A stretch of 51,042 bases of DNA. Source: a virus. The translations under genes were made by a program, and so were the position numbers. The stretch spans positions 1-51,042 of IMG/VR virus record IMGVR_UViG_3300017420_000001; one strand, 5' to 3'. This document shows, piece by piece, positions 1 to 8,285 of the stretch; position 1 is the first letter of the stretch, and each line of letters starts with the position of its first letter. A model generated the notes under the pieces. The model did no database searches. It was not told the DNA's origin and was given only the letters and a program-made list of their open reading frames with translations.

Positions 1-123
1 ATGCGAAGCTGCGCGCCCGAGTTTTCCGCCGTGTAAATGTTGTTCCGGCGGATATATTCAAGCACGTTCAACGTACCGTCGCCCGCGCCCTGCGACTGCG
101 TGGCCCACCGGCGCATCAGGCGA
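1..123. repeat. Terminal direct repeat, copy 1 (identical to 50920..51042)
   Basis: Read directly: nt 1..123 (atgcgaagctgcgcgcccgag...gcatcaggcga) match nt 50920..51042 base for base. Confidence 0.97.
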
Positions 124-725
124 GGCGGGAGCGCGATCGTGTCGGCGGTCTCGACCTCGGCCGAGTTCGTGCGAACCGCATCGAGCGCATCGTTGACCAT
201 CGCCGCCGCCTGCGCAGGGGTGGCATCGGCGGAAGAAGCGTCCGCATCGAAACGCTGCACGGTCGGGTCGTTTACGAAGCCGGTCCAGCCCTTTTCGCTG
301 TTGCCGTCCTCGTCCTGGCCTTTCATGGCCTGCGCGTAGAGGAAGCGGTCAACGCCGTCGCCCGCTGCCAGTGCGAGCGTTGCCGAAAGCGGGATGCCAT
401 AGAGCGCGGCCTGATTGACCTCCTCCATGGTCCATTCCCAGCCGAGCATGACCTGCGCGAAGTCATGGCTGGCCTGATCGTGGCTGTGCGACACGAAGGG
501 AACGTCGGTCCCCTTGCCGGACACGAACTTGGCGCGCCCGGTGGTATCGGTCGTCATGAAGGTGGTGCCGATCGCCCACTCGTTGCCTTCGGTCACAACC
601 GGGACAATCGAGGCGTAATCGTAGCTGGGATACCGGCGCGCGTAAATCTGCGCTTCGATATTGCGACCCTGCGCGATAACGAACGGAAACGCCGTCTGCG
701 CGTCCTTGAAAGCCTGCATATTCAT
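1..725 (-). CDS. Major capsid protein, N-terminal part. The gene wraps the window junction and continues at 50919..50691.
   Basis: ATG at 725 (rc), MNMQAFKDAQTAFPFVIAQGRN..., open to the window edge. 725 nt + 229 nt = 954 nt in frame (317 aa). Sits after the scaffold and decoration genes. Resembles DUF2184-type HK97-fold capsids by eye. Confidence 0.8.
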   Translation of the reverse strand, partial: MNMQAFKDAQTAFPFVIAQGRNIEAQIYARRYPSYDYASIVPVVTEGNEWAIGTTFMTTDTTGRAKFVSGKGTDVPFVSHSHDQASHDFAQVMLGWEWTMEEVNQAALYGIPLSATLALAAGDGVDRFLYAQAMKGQDEDGNSEKGWTGFVNDPTVQRFDADASSADATPAQAAAMVNDALDAVRTNSAEVETADTIALPPRLMRRWATQSQGAGDGTLNVLEYIRRNNIYTAENSGAQLR

Positions 726-728
726 CCC

Positions 729-1199
729 TTATGCGCTCCGATGCTTGAGCGAGATTTCGACGATATCGCCATTGGCGCCGGTCGTGTCGAAGAACGCATC
801 CGGAATAACGGTGCCGCCCGTCGCGGTGTAGCGATTGGTCCCTGCATTGTAGGTCACGGCATCGCCGGGAGCGACCGCGCCGCCCGCCGTGACGAACATC
901 GTGCCATCGGTCATGAATGCGCCCGTGTAATTCTGCGGGTAGTAATCGGTCGCGCCGTTGACCGCATTGGCGGGCGGAACCGCCGGGGTCAGGACCGCGA
1001 GCCCGAGAAACTTGCTGCCCGTTGCGGCAATCTTGTGGTCGTTGCCCGCGCCAGCAACGCGGAAGCCCGGAGCGCCGAACCGGATGCCCTCGGCGTTCGA
1101 AACCGTGCGGCTGATCTGATTGTGCTTTTCCTCGTTCGCGATCTGGCCGGGGAAACCCTTGGCCGGACGGTCGCTATAGGTCGTCTGATAGGTAGCCAT
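729..1199 (-). CDS. Head decoration / cement-like protein (DUF2190-like)
   Basis: 156-aa G/A/T-rich protein between scaffold and capsid. Stop is 3 nt upstream of the capsid ATG. The family call rests on position and composition. Confidence 0.55.
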   Translation of the reverse strand: MATYQTTYSDRPAKGFPGQIANEEKHNQISRTVSNAEGIRFGAPGFRVAGAGNDHKIAATGSKFLGLAVLTPAVPPANAVNGATDYYPQNYTGAFMTDGTMFVTAGGAVAPGDAVTYNAGTNRYTATGGTVIPDAFFDTTGANGDIVEISLKHRSA

Positions 1200-1202
1200 C
1201 GG

Positions 1203-2315
1203 TTATGCGTCCGCCTTCAGGGGGTTGAACAGTCGATCAAGCATCGCGGTGCGGGCGTCGGACACGGCCTTGTCGGCTGCATCGTTAACCGGGGCGCTAT
1301 CGCGAAGCGCGTCGCGCAGCGGGTCCGCATCCTCGATCTTGGCGTCCTTGGTCAGGACCGCAAAGGCGAGCGCGAACTGGTCGGTGGTGTAGTCCTTCGC
1401 CGCATCGCCCATCTTGGCGGTCACGACGGCCTTGTGCGCGTCGGCTTCGGTCATTGCGTCGGTCACGGTTGCGCCCGCCGCCTTGGCCTTTGCCATCGTG
1501 GTGGCATACGAACGGGCGGCATCCGCCAGCTTGGCGGGCGTAATAGCCGCGTCGGCAAGAGCGGCATTCAGCCGCACAATTTCCGCGTCCTTCGCGACGA
1601 TCGCCGCGTCACGCTCGACAATGGTGGCGTCTCGCGCGACAACCTTGGCATCGGCATCGGCAAGCTGGCCCACAACCTTGTTAATCACGGCTTCCGCCGC
1701 GTCGGTGACTTCGACGGGGAGCCCGTCATAAGTGATAGTCTTGGTCCCCACTACGGGCTCCTTATCAGTGATGGGGGACCAATTGTCGCCCACACGGCAA
1801 CTATAGCCCGCCCGGCCCTTTTGCACTAGGGCGACATGATTTAGTGCCTGCGGACGCTGAATAGCATCGTATTCCTCGCCGCTATCGGTTACCCCCGCCG
1901 TCCATTCGATCTCGCAAGTATAGCCGCACGATACCTCGCGCTTGCCAGCCTCCAACTTGTCGATCACGGCTTGATCGGCAAACAGCAGCGGGACATAGAT
2001 AAGTCCGTTTGCCTCATCCTTGCGGATGCTGTCGCCCGTATAGCCCGCCGCCAAGTCTTTCCAGTTGGCGCTGTTGACATCGCTCGCGGGGTGGTCATCG
2101 GTGACGGGCTTGTGAGCGATCGAGCGCAGATAGCTGTCCGCAAACACCGCGTCGGGCGGGCGGTACATGCGAACCACGGGCATATCGGGTCGTCCGACCT
2201 CGCGGCCCGCGTAATCCTGAATGCCCGTGCGCGCGACCGGCACCTCTGCCACCTTGTAGCCATCGGCGGTGGTGCGGATTTCGCCCAGCTTGGCGTTGTC
2301 GAGAAAGCGCATCAT
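1203..2315 (-). CDS. Prohead scaffold/protease-like protein (DUF2213-like)
   Basis: 370 aa. The N-terminal globular domain (GIQDYAGREVG..., VSCGYTCE) is followed by an Ala/Asp/Lys-rich coiled-coil tail typical of scaffolds. Position is upstream of the capsid. Confidence 0.65.
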   Translation of the reverse strand: MMRFLDNAKLGEIRTTADGYKVAEVPVARTGIQDYAGREVGRPDMPVVRMYRPPDAVFADSYLRSIAHKPVTDDHPASDVNSANWKDLAAGYTGDSIRKDEANGLIYVPLLFADQAVIDKLEAGKREVSCGYTCEIEWTAGVTDSGEEYDAIQRPQALNHVALVQKGRAGYSCRVGDNWSPITDKEPVVGTKTITYDGLPVEVTDAAEAVINKVVGQLADADAKVVARDATIVERDAAIVAKDAEIVRLNAALADAAITPAKLADAARSYATTMAKAKAAGATVTDAMTEADAHKAVVTAKMGDAAKDYTTDQFALAFAVLTKDAKIEDADPLRDALRDSAPVNDAADKAVSDARTAMLDRLFNPLKADA

Positions 2316-2320
2316 ATCGC

Positions 2321-2349
2321 TTGCATGGTAGCGGGCGCGGGTGTATGGG
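2321..2349 (+). promoter_or_regulatory. Candidate sigma70-type promoter of the plus-strand PAPS-reductase moron
   Basis: TTGCAT (2321-2326), 17-nt spacer, TATGGG (2344-2349). Only 9 nt lie before the ATG at 2359, so the mRNA would be nearly leaderless. Confidence 0.3.
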
Positions 2350-2358
2350 GGTAGGGCT

Positions 2359-3165
2359 ATGCGATTTGTAATCTTTACCAGCTATGGCAACGATAGTTGC
2401 GCCCTCATTCAATGGTGCCATGAACAACAGCTAACCGATATTGCTTGTGTGTATTCCGATACCGGATGGGCGGCGGGCTGGTGGATGCAGCGCGTTGAGC
2501 GCATGGAGCGATGGGTTGCCGGCCTTGGCTTTACGCATCATCGCACTGAAAGCATCGGCTTTGTTGGTCTAGCGCGGCAAAAGAAAGCGTTTCCATCTAA
2601 TCGGTATCAGTGGTGCAGTGGCATCTTAAAGATTGAGCCGGGCGAGCGATGGCTTGAACAGAACGATCCCGACAAACGCGCCGTATGCCTTGTCGGCGTT
2701 CGCCGAGAAGAAAGCGAAGATCGTTCCGAGTTTCCGCGATTTCTGGCATCAAGCCCGTCGCACGGTGGGCGCGTCATGCTTGCACCTTGCGCTGATTGGA
2801 CGGAAGAAACGCGCAATGTGTTTTTAGAGCGCGCAAATATCGTTCCACTCAAACATAGAAGTATGGAATGCTCGCCTTGCATCAACGCTAGTCGCGGCGA
2901 TTTGATCGTTGCGGCGCAAGATGAGGAGCGCATCGCTGAAATTGAGGCACTAGAGATAGAATTAGGATTAGGTGGTGAATTAACCGCCAACGGCAAAACC
3001 AAGGGAGCCATGTTTCGCCCATCGAATAAGATGGGCGCCACGGGTATTCGCGAAGTGGTGGAATGGGCCAAGTCGGGGCGCGGCGGATATGGCAGCGGTC
3101 AAATGCGATTGTTTGATCCCGATCCTGGGCAAGCGGGGTGCTCGTCAGGGTGGTGTGGTATATAG
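2359..3165 (+). CDS. PAPS reductase / PP-loop ATPase family protein (DndC/CysH-like fold), paralogue 1
   Basis: The track ORF starts at GTG 2341; I prefer the ATG at 2359 (MRFVIFTSYGNDS). It has a degenerate PP-loop (SYGNDS), VGVRREES, and four C-terminal Cys (ECSPC, GCSSGWCG). It lies on the opposite strand to its neighbours and is visibly AT-richer. Confidence 0.75.
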   Translation: MRFVIFTSYGNDSCALIQWCHEQQLTDIACVYSDTGWAAGWWMQRVERMERWVAGLGFTHHRTESIGFVGLARQKKAFPSNRYQWCSGILKIEPGERWLEQNDPDKRAVCLVGVRREESEDRSEFPRFLASSPSHGGRVMLAPCADWTEETRNVFLERANIVPLKHRSMECSPCINASRGDLIVAAQDEERIAEIEALEIELGLGGELTANGKTKGAMFRPSNKMGATGIREVVEWAKSGRGGYGSGQMRLFDPDPGQAGCSSGWCGI

Positions 3166-3174
3166 GAGGATTGA

Positions 3175-3528
3175 ATGTTTATCAGCGAACCAGTTCAGAG
3201 TTACCCTGTCAGCATTTTTATTGGAGGACGTGCCAGCGACATTGAAGATCAATGCCGCACCTATTGCGACGAAGTTGGTTTGTGCGTTACATGTACGCCG
3301 ACTTGCTTTGTATATACCGATGGAGAGACGGAGGGGTATATTGTCGGATTGATTAACTATCCGCGCTTTCCTAGTACGCCAGAAGAGATTTGGGCGCACG
3401 CTGAAGCCTTGGCCGAACGGCTGCGGATCGAAGCCGACCAACAATCTTACACCATCCAGGCACCGGATAAGACGGTGTTTTATAGCCACAGAGAGCAAGA
3501 TAACGAAACGGCGACCACCCCGAAGTAG
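3175..3528 (+). CDS. Cys-rich hypothetical protein, partner of PAPS-reductase paralogue 1
   Basis: 117 aa, starting 10 nt after the upstream stop on the same strand. Carries a CRTYCDEVGLCVTCTPTC cluster. No family recognised. Confidence 0.6.
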   Translation: MFISEPVQSYPVSIFIGGRASDIEDQCRTYCDEVGLCVTCTPTCFVYTDGETEGYIVGLINYPRFPSTPEEIWAHAEALAERLRIEADQQSYTIQAPDKTVFYSHREQDNETATTPK

Positions 3529-3562
3529 CCGCCGCCTCAAACCTTACCATATCATGCTAACG

Positions 3563-3595
3563 GAAGCCCGCCCTAACCGGCGGGCTTTCCTATTC
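3563..3595. terminator. Bidirectional rho-independent terminator between convergent genes
   Basis: Stem gaagcccgcc (3563-3572) pairs with ggcgggcttt (3579-3588) around a 6-nt loop, and a T-rich tail follows on the plus strand. It lies between the stop at 3528 (+) and the stop at 3663 (-). Confidence 0.7.
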
Positions 3596-3662
3596 GGAAG
3601 TGTTGCGGATGGAGCGTCCTGGTTATTCGGATGCCCGTTCGCATGGTCGTTCTCCCGTGGTG

Positions 3663-4088
3663 TTACCCTAGTGCTTGCTCAAACGCACTGACAACCGATA
3701 CGGAACCCGCCGTCTGACGGATCGCAAAGTACCAGCCCGGCGGAATGGCAAGCGTGTAGCTGTTCGTCATGACCGTCGATAGCGATAGGCCCACCGTAAG
3801 CGCGCCGGTATTGGTGTTGGCATACTTGCCCATCACCGTGCCGCCCGTAGTTGCGATCGTCGCGGCGAGGCCAATCACGAGGTCCGCGCTGTTGGTCGCG
3901 CCGCCCGTTAGCGTTATGGTGGCCGTGCTGGTGAGCGTGACCGTAACCAACGCGCTCTTGCCCGTCACCGTAGGCCGGTAGGCCGTTCCAAGCGCCACCG
4001 TGCGGGCGGCAGGTTGCCCCACCAGCCCGTTGAAGCGGCTCGCCACAGTCTGCGCCAGTGAGCCGATGCGCTCGACTAGGCTAGCCAT
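3663..4088 (-). CDS. Fibre-like structural protein
   Basis: 141 aa, T/G/A/S-rich. The N-terminus MASLVERIGSLAQTVASRFNGL echoes the N-terminus of the upstream fibre gene. Its start abuts the upstream stop. Confidence 0.5.
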   Translation of the reverse strand: MASLVERIGSLAQTVASRFNGLVGQPAARTVALGTAYRPTVTGKSALVTVTLTSTATITLTGGATNSADLVIGLAATIATTGGTVMGKYANTNTGALTVGLSLSTVMTNSYTLAIPPGWYFAIRQTAGSVSVVSAFEQALG

Positions 4089-4619
4089 TTAGGCGAGCGC
4101 CGCGTTGAAGATGGCAACGAAGTCGGTATCCGGGTTGCCGATCTCCACCGAACCATAGGCGTCGATATTCGAGCGCGCGACCAGTCGCTGCGATGCGGTC
4201 AGGCTTTGTGCCGCGTCGAAGCGAACGCGGTTGCCAAGCGCGGCGGTCACGGTCGCGGCGTAGTTGGGATCATTGCCGAGGGCGTTTGCCAGTTCGGTCA
4301 GCGTGTCGAGCGCGCCCGGAGCCCCGTTCACTACGCCATCAACCGCCGCCTTGATGGCCGCATTGATCTTGGTGACGGAATAGGTCTGCGTGGTCGAGGT
4401 GGTCGTGCTATCGTTGATCGTGGCGCCGTTCGATGCCGTGGCAGCCGCGCCCACGGCAACGCCGCGCACCTCATTGACCGCGCCCACCAAGTCCTTGGCG
4501 GCGGTCAGCAGGGCGCTGTTATCGGCCGCATTGCCGTTGATGAGAACGTTCAGCGCCTTCGCCTTGGCGCCCATCCGGGTTGCAAGGTCGCTGATGCGGG
4601 TGACTAAAGTGACGGCCAT
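4089..4619 (-). CDS. Tail-fibre-repeat protein
   Basis: 176 aa containing GAPGALDTLTELANALGNDPNYAATV, a motif widely seen in phage tail-fibre and collar proteins. Confidence 0.7.
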   Translation of the reverse strand: MAVTLVTRISDLATRMGAKAKALNVLINGNAADNSALLTAAKDLVGAVNEVRGVAVGAAATASNGATINDSTTTSTTQTYSVTKINAAIKAAVDGVVNGAPGALDTLTELANALGNDPNYAATVTAALGNRVRFDAAQSLTASQRLVARSNIDAYGSVEIGNPDTDFVAIFNAALA

Positions 4620-4631
4620 TGCAATCCTTTC

Positions 4632-4961
4632 TTACGTGGCGGCGCTGTCGAATTGTAGGGCGAAGTCGGGCACGTCCGAAAGCGCGGTGTCGATCGCCGC
4701 CTGGATTTGTTCGGGGTCGGCGCCCAGCACCGGACGCCCCAATTCGCCGTCAAGGTAGCCCTTGGCATCGGCAGGGCTGGCGAACCCACTGCCATCGCGG
4801 CGGGCGTATCCGGTATATTCAAGTTGCGTCTGACGCACGCCACTAAGGGTCAGGATATGGATGCGGTCGCCATCCGCGATCGTGAACAGCGAGCGCGCCG
4901 GAAAGGGGCCAAGCCCGTCCATCTGGATTGCGTCGTTCTCGAACCATACCCGCGTTGTCAT
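4632..4961 (-). CDS. Hypothetical structural protein
   Basis: 109-aa ORF with a 4-nt overlap with the upstream gene, inside the fibre-like cluster. Confidence 0.55.
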   Translation of the reverse strand: MTTRVWFENDAIQMDGLGPFPARSLFTIADGDRIHILTLSGVRQTQLEYTGYARRDGSGFASPADAKGYLDGELGRPVLGADPEQIQAAIDTALSDVPDFALQFDSAAT

Positions 4962-5533
4962 GCCTCATACCCCTCGGGGCCAAACTCGGGGCTAAACTCG
5001 ATCAGGGTCATGGGCACGTTGGGCGTCAGGTAGAACGATGCCCCATCGCGCAGGAAGCCCGCGCGCACGGGGATTTGCAACAGGCTGGCAGTAAGCCGCT
5101 CTTCCTCGCCCGCGCTCACCAGCGCCTTGGTATCGGTAGCAATCTCGATCGTGGGCGTGCGCAGCGCCACATTGATGACCCCGCCCCGGATGTCGGCCTC
5201 GACGCGCATGTTGATGCGGATGCCGAACATATCGTACAGCGCGCGAGCGCGTACCAACTTGGTCGCGTTATCCCATGGGCGCCAATTCTCGAAAGGGCGG
5301 TTGAGGCGGGTGTTTGCGGCGCTGGCAGATAGGTCCAATTCGACCCGATGCGCAACGCCAGCGGCGAGGTAGGTCGTGATGCCAGCGGCAAAATTGTTAT
5401 CGGTGTAGTCGATGAACCCGCCGCCGTACTCGCTGAACTCGCGCGTCTGCGATGCGGTCAATTCGGCCGTGTCGGGCGCTTCCTGCGCGAAGCCCGCGCT
5501 ATCGCGAAACACCTTTAGGGGAGGAAGCGCCAT
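4958..5533 (-). CDS. Hypothetical structural protein (first gene of the fibre-like cluster)
   Basis: 191-aa ORF with coherent coding frame and no recognised motif. Confidence 0.55.
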   Translation of the reverse strand: MALPPLKVFRDSAGFAQEAPDTAELTASQTREFSEYGGGFIDYTDNNFAAGITTYLAAGVAHRVELDLSASAANTRLNRPFENWRPWDNATKLVRARALYDMFGIRINMRVEADIRGGVINVALRTPTIEIATDTKALVSAGEEERLTASLLQIPVRAGFLRDGASFYLTPNVPMTLIEFSPEFGPEGYEA

Positions 5534-5674
5534 GACCCAACAATAGCGGGCGGGAGCGGGTTTGTGGAGGGCGGATGGGGCCAGCTATAAGCTACTTAGT
5601 GCGGCACGTCGCGCCGCAAACCCCGGTACGCTACTTGTTACGGCTGAAAGGCTAAGTACCGCAACACAGCCCCC

Positions 5675-5797
5675 TTACATGCGCTTTTGCGGCTTGTCAA
5701 CAGGCTTAGGATTGGCCCGCTTCCATCCCTCAAACTCGGCTAGTGCGAGGGCTTGGGCGATATCGCGGCCCCAGAAGAAATTAAGTCCATTACTCAT
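5675..5797 (-). CDS. Small hypothetical protein (40 aa), below the ORF-track cutoff
   Basis: Its ATG at 5797 overlaps the TAA of the Mu F-like gene (TAATG). Translation: MSNGLNFFWGRDIAQALALAEFEGWKRANPKPVDKPQKRM. Confidence 0.35.
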   Translation of the reverse strand: MSNGLNFFWGRDIAQALALAEFEGWKRANPKPVDKPQKRM

Positions 5798-6696
5798 TAC
5801 GCAAATTCCTCCAAGATATCATCATCGTATTCGGACAGGTCTAGCACAGGCAAGCGCCTGCATCCACACCTAATTGGTATTCCTGGTCTGTCATCGGGCG
5901 GCACGTATTCCTCGCTTCCCGGCTTCGCCTTGTCGCTAAACGTCTTACCGTTTCGGGCTTTGTGCCAATCTCTGGGATGCTTCTTCCGACTATGCACCCA
6001 TTCGTATTTATTGCCCACGCCCGCTTGGTGAGACCGCTCGACACTAAGCGCCGTAGCGATTTTCTGCAATTCGACCGACGCGATCAACAGCGCCCGCTTG
6101 CGCCCGAAGCCCGTCACCTCGGCAAGTTGCTTGGCAACATCGCGCGCGGGCAGACGCTGGTTGAGCCCGTTGAACACCACTTGCGCCATCCGCTGCCGCT
6201 GTTGCGCGTTCACGTCCTTGATTAATTCTAGGTTTGCCAGGATGCGGCTTTGCACCGTCTCCGTTACATCGCCCGCGTAGAGCATCGTGTCGAGGTCAAC
6301 CCCCGTAGCGGATAGCACAGCGCCTCGCCACTTGCCGCGCTGCCACGCCTCGACCCCTAGCGCCCATGACGTAATGCCCGCCTCTAGCGTAATCACCAGC
6401 CGGTTGAACCAGCTAGTACCTTCCTCTAGGGTTGAGTTGATATCCTCCGCACTATCGGCTGCGCGAACACCTTTAATGCCGCGCGCCTCGTATCCATCAT
6501 TTGCTTGTGCAGCCTGCAACGTCCGCTCGTACTCGGCTAGCAGCTTAGCCCGCATTCCCGCCCAATGGTTGACGACTTGCATATACACGCGCAGCAAGCG
6601 CACGCGGTCCATGTCGCGCGGCTCGGGGTTGCCGATCACGAACCGTTTGCGCTTGGTGCCGGTGCGGGCGACTAGGAGGGGAAGGGGGATTTTCAT
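5797..6696 (-). CDS. Head morphogenesis protein (Mu gpF / SPP1 gp7 family)
   Basis: 299 aa directly downstream of the portal. The C-terminal region (WVHSRKKHPRDWHKARNGKTF...CGCRRLP) is typical of Mu F-like minor head proteins. Confidence 0.75.
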   Translation of the reverse strand: MKIPLPLLVARTGTKRKRFVIGNPEPRDMDRVRLLRVYMQVVNHWAGMRAKLLAEYERTLQAAQANDGYEARGIKGVRAADSAEDINSTLEEGTSWFNRLVITLEAGITSWALGVEAWQRGKWRGAVLSATGVDLDTMLYAGDVTETVQSRILANLELIKDVNAQQRQRMAQVVFNGLNQRLPARDVAKQLAEVTGFGRKRALLIASVELQKIATALSVERSHQAGVGNKYEWVHSRKKHPRDWHKARNGKTFSDKAKPGSEEYVPPDDRPGIPIRCGCRRLPVLDLSEYDDDILEEFA

Positions 6697-6872
6697 TCAG
6701 GATCATCTGGCAATTCAGTCCAATGCGTCGGCTTTGCATAGCCCGGCAAGTTAGTTCTATCCCCATAACTTGGAGCGACAAACTTAACCCATCCAATCCA
6801 TTCATTTGGATGATTAAACGCCACTAAAATTGCTCGGCCAGTGCTATCCGCCGTAGAAATATCTTGCCACAT
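6693..6872 (-). CDS. Small DUF551-like protein (59 aa), below the ORF-track cutoff
   Basis: GGAGGA RBS, ATG at 6872, and a stop that overlaps the next ATG (ATGA at 6693-6696). MWQDISTADSTGRAILVAF...PTHWTELPDDPE follows the W...PTHW..LP pattern of DUF551. Confidence 0.55.
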   Translation of the reverse strand: MWQDISTADSTGRAILVAFNHPNEWIGWVKFVAPSYGDRTNLPGYAKPTHWTELPDDPE

Positions 6873-6881
6873 AAATTCCTC

Positions 6882-8237
6882 CTATTCCTCAACACCCTCC
6901 CCCGTAACGCCCTCAAGCTGCGCAGTCAAGCGGGCTTCTTCCGTAGCCGCTGCCTCAGCAAGCGAAGGCGCTTCCGCCAATTCCGCCGCAATCTGCGCAA
7001 GGCCCTTGTCCAGGCCAGGGAACAGCCCGCTTTCGCTCATGGCAACGCCAAGGCTGTTCAGCACCGGCTCGCTAGGCATACCCGCGTTGATCGCCGCGCC
7101 CGCCGTTTCGGCTACCGTCTTTAGCGATGCGCCCTTCACGCTATCGCTTTCCTCGTAGAACGAACCGAACTCCCACCATGCGTCCGTCGTCACGCCTGCC
7201 GATGCCTTCAGGATCGGGTCAAGGCGGTCTAGCGCCGGGCGCAACTCGCTTTCGCGCCATCCGTCGAGCGTGCGATACCAATTCTGCATATCGCCGTCGC
7301 CCGTGGCGTTCATACCGTCGGGGCTCTTGCCTAGCAGCACGGTGGCGGGCATTGAACAGGCGCCCGCCAACACGCCTAGATAGCTGGCGATGACCTCGGG
7401 CATGCCAGCGTAGCTGACCTGATGCTGTTCCCACGTCTCGCCCGCATCGCGGATGATTGCGCGGTGGGTTGACTTGGCGGTATTTGCCAGCGTGAGGCGG
7501 CGCATGAGGCGCTGTTCGTACTCGGCGTTGACAAGCGAGGAAAGCATGTCGGGGATGCCGTACACATCGATGCTCGCTTCTTCGATCAGCGTCGCAAAAC
7601 CGTTTTGCGCGCTATCGGCGTTCTGGATGGCGTCGCGCACGATTTCCAAGATCGACACGCCCCAGAAAGCGCTGTGATCGCCATTGAAGCGCGGGGTGTA
7701 TTCGCCGCAGAATGGGATGACCCGGCTCGGGTGAATATCCACGAACGCGCTATCGCCCGCGACCTGATAGTATTTCGGGCACCCGAAATTCTCGGACGCC
7801 GGATCGCGCTCGATCTCGCCCACGCCGATCTCATGGCGGCTCATGACGTGGAGATATTGCAGGCTGTTCGGCCCCAGCGCCTCCACATTAAGCGGCTGGT
7901 TCGGCGTGCCCTGGTTGACGCCAATGACCATGACCCCGCCGCCCATGCGGCCTAGGCGCAAGGCTTCCTCCAGCTTCGCCCACAGCCGCACCTTGCGTTC
8001 CAGTTCCTCTAGCGCTTCGATTGAGCCCTCCTTCGTCTGCCAATCGCGGGTGGGACGGGTCATCTCGGCGGCGGGCAAATCCACGATCTTGCGAGCGGCC
8101 CACGAGGACCGATACATGGCATCGATCTGTTGCCAATCGAGGTGCCGCGCGACGTAATGCTGGCCCATGCGCTTATCGGCGCTGGTTCCGGCGCCGGAAA
8201 CGACGTTAGCGAGGCCATCGTAGAGGGATAGGGTCAT
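6882..8237 (-). CDS. Portal protein (DUF1073-type)
   Basis: 451 aa between TerL and the Mu F-like gene. The N-terminus LANVVSGAGTSADKR...YRSSWAARKIVD is typical of DUF1073 portals. Confidence 0.8.
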   Translation of the reverse strand: MTLSLYDGLANVVSGAGTSADKRMGQHYVARHLDWQQIDAMYRSSWAARKIVDLPAAEMTRPTRDWQTKEGSIEALEELERKVRLWAKLEEALRLGRMGGGVMVIGVNQGTPNQPLNVEALGPNSLQYLHVMSRHEIGVGEIERDPASENFGCPKYYQVAGDSAFVDIHPSRVIPFCGEYTPRFNGDHSAFWGVSILEIVRDAIQNADSAQNGFATLIEEASIDVYGIPDMLSSLVNAEYEQRLMRRLTLANTAKSTHRAIIRDAGETWEQHQVSYAGMPEVIASYLGVLAGACSMPATVLLGKSPDGMNATGDGDMQNWYRTLDGWRESELRPALDRLDPILKASAGVTTDAWWEFGSFYEESDSVKGASLKTVAETAGAAINAGMPSEPVLNSLGVAMSESGLFPGLDKGLAQIAAELAEAPSLAEAAATEEARLTAQLEGVTGEGVEE

Positions 8238-8251
8238 GCCCGCACCCTAGC

Positions 8252-8285
8252 ACAAAAAAGCCCCCGCTGGTTAGAGCGGGGGCTT
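8252..8285 (-). terminator. Rho-independent terminator (minus strand)
   Basis: 10-bp GC stem agcccccgct / agcgggggct (8259-8268 / 8275-8284), followed on the minus strand by TTTTTT (8254-8259). Confidence 0.8.

Noticed and set aside
465-1829. 454-aa plus-strand ORF, the longest ORF in this part of the track
   Set aside because: It is antisense to three well-supported structural genes (capsid, decoration, scaffold). Its product is Arg/Gly/Ala-rich low-complexity, typical of shadow ORFs in high-GC DNA, and it has no RBS.
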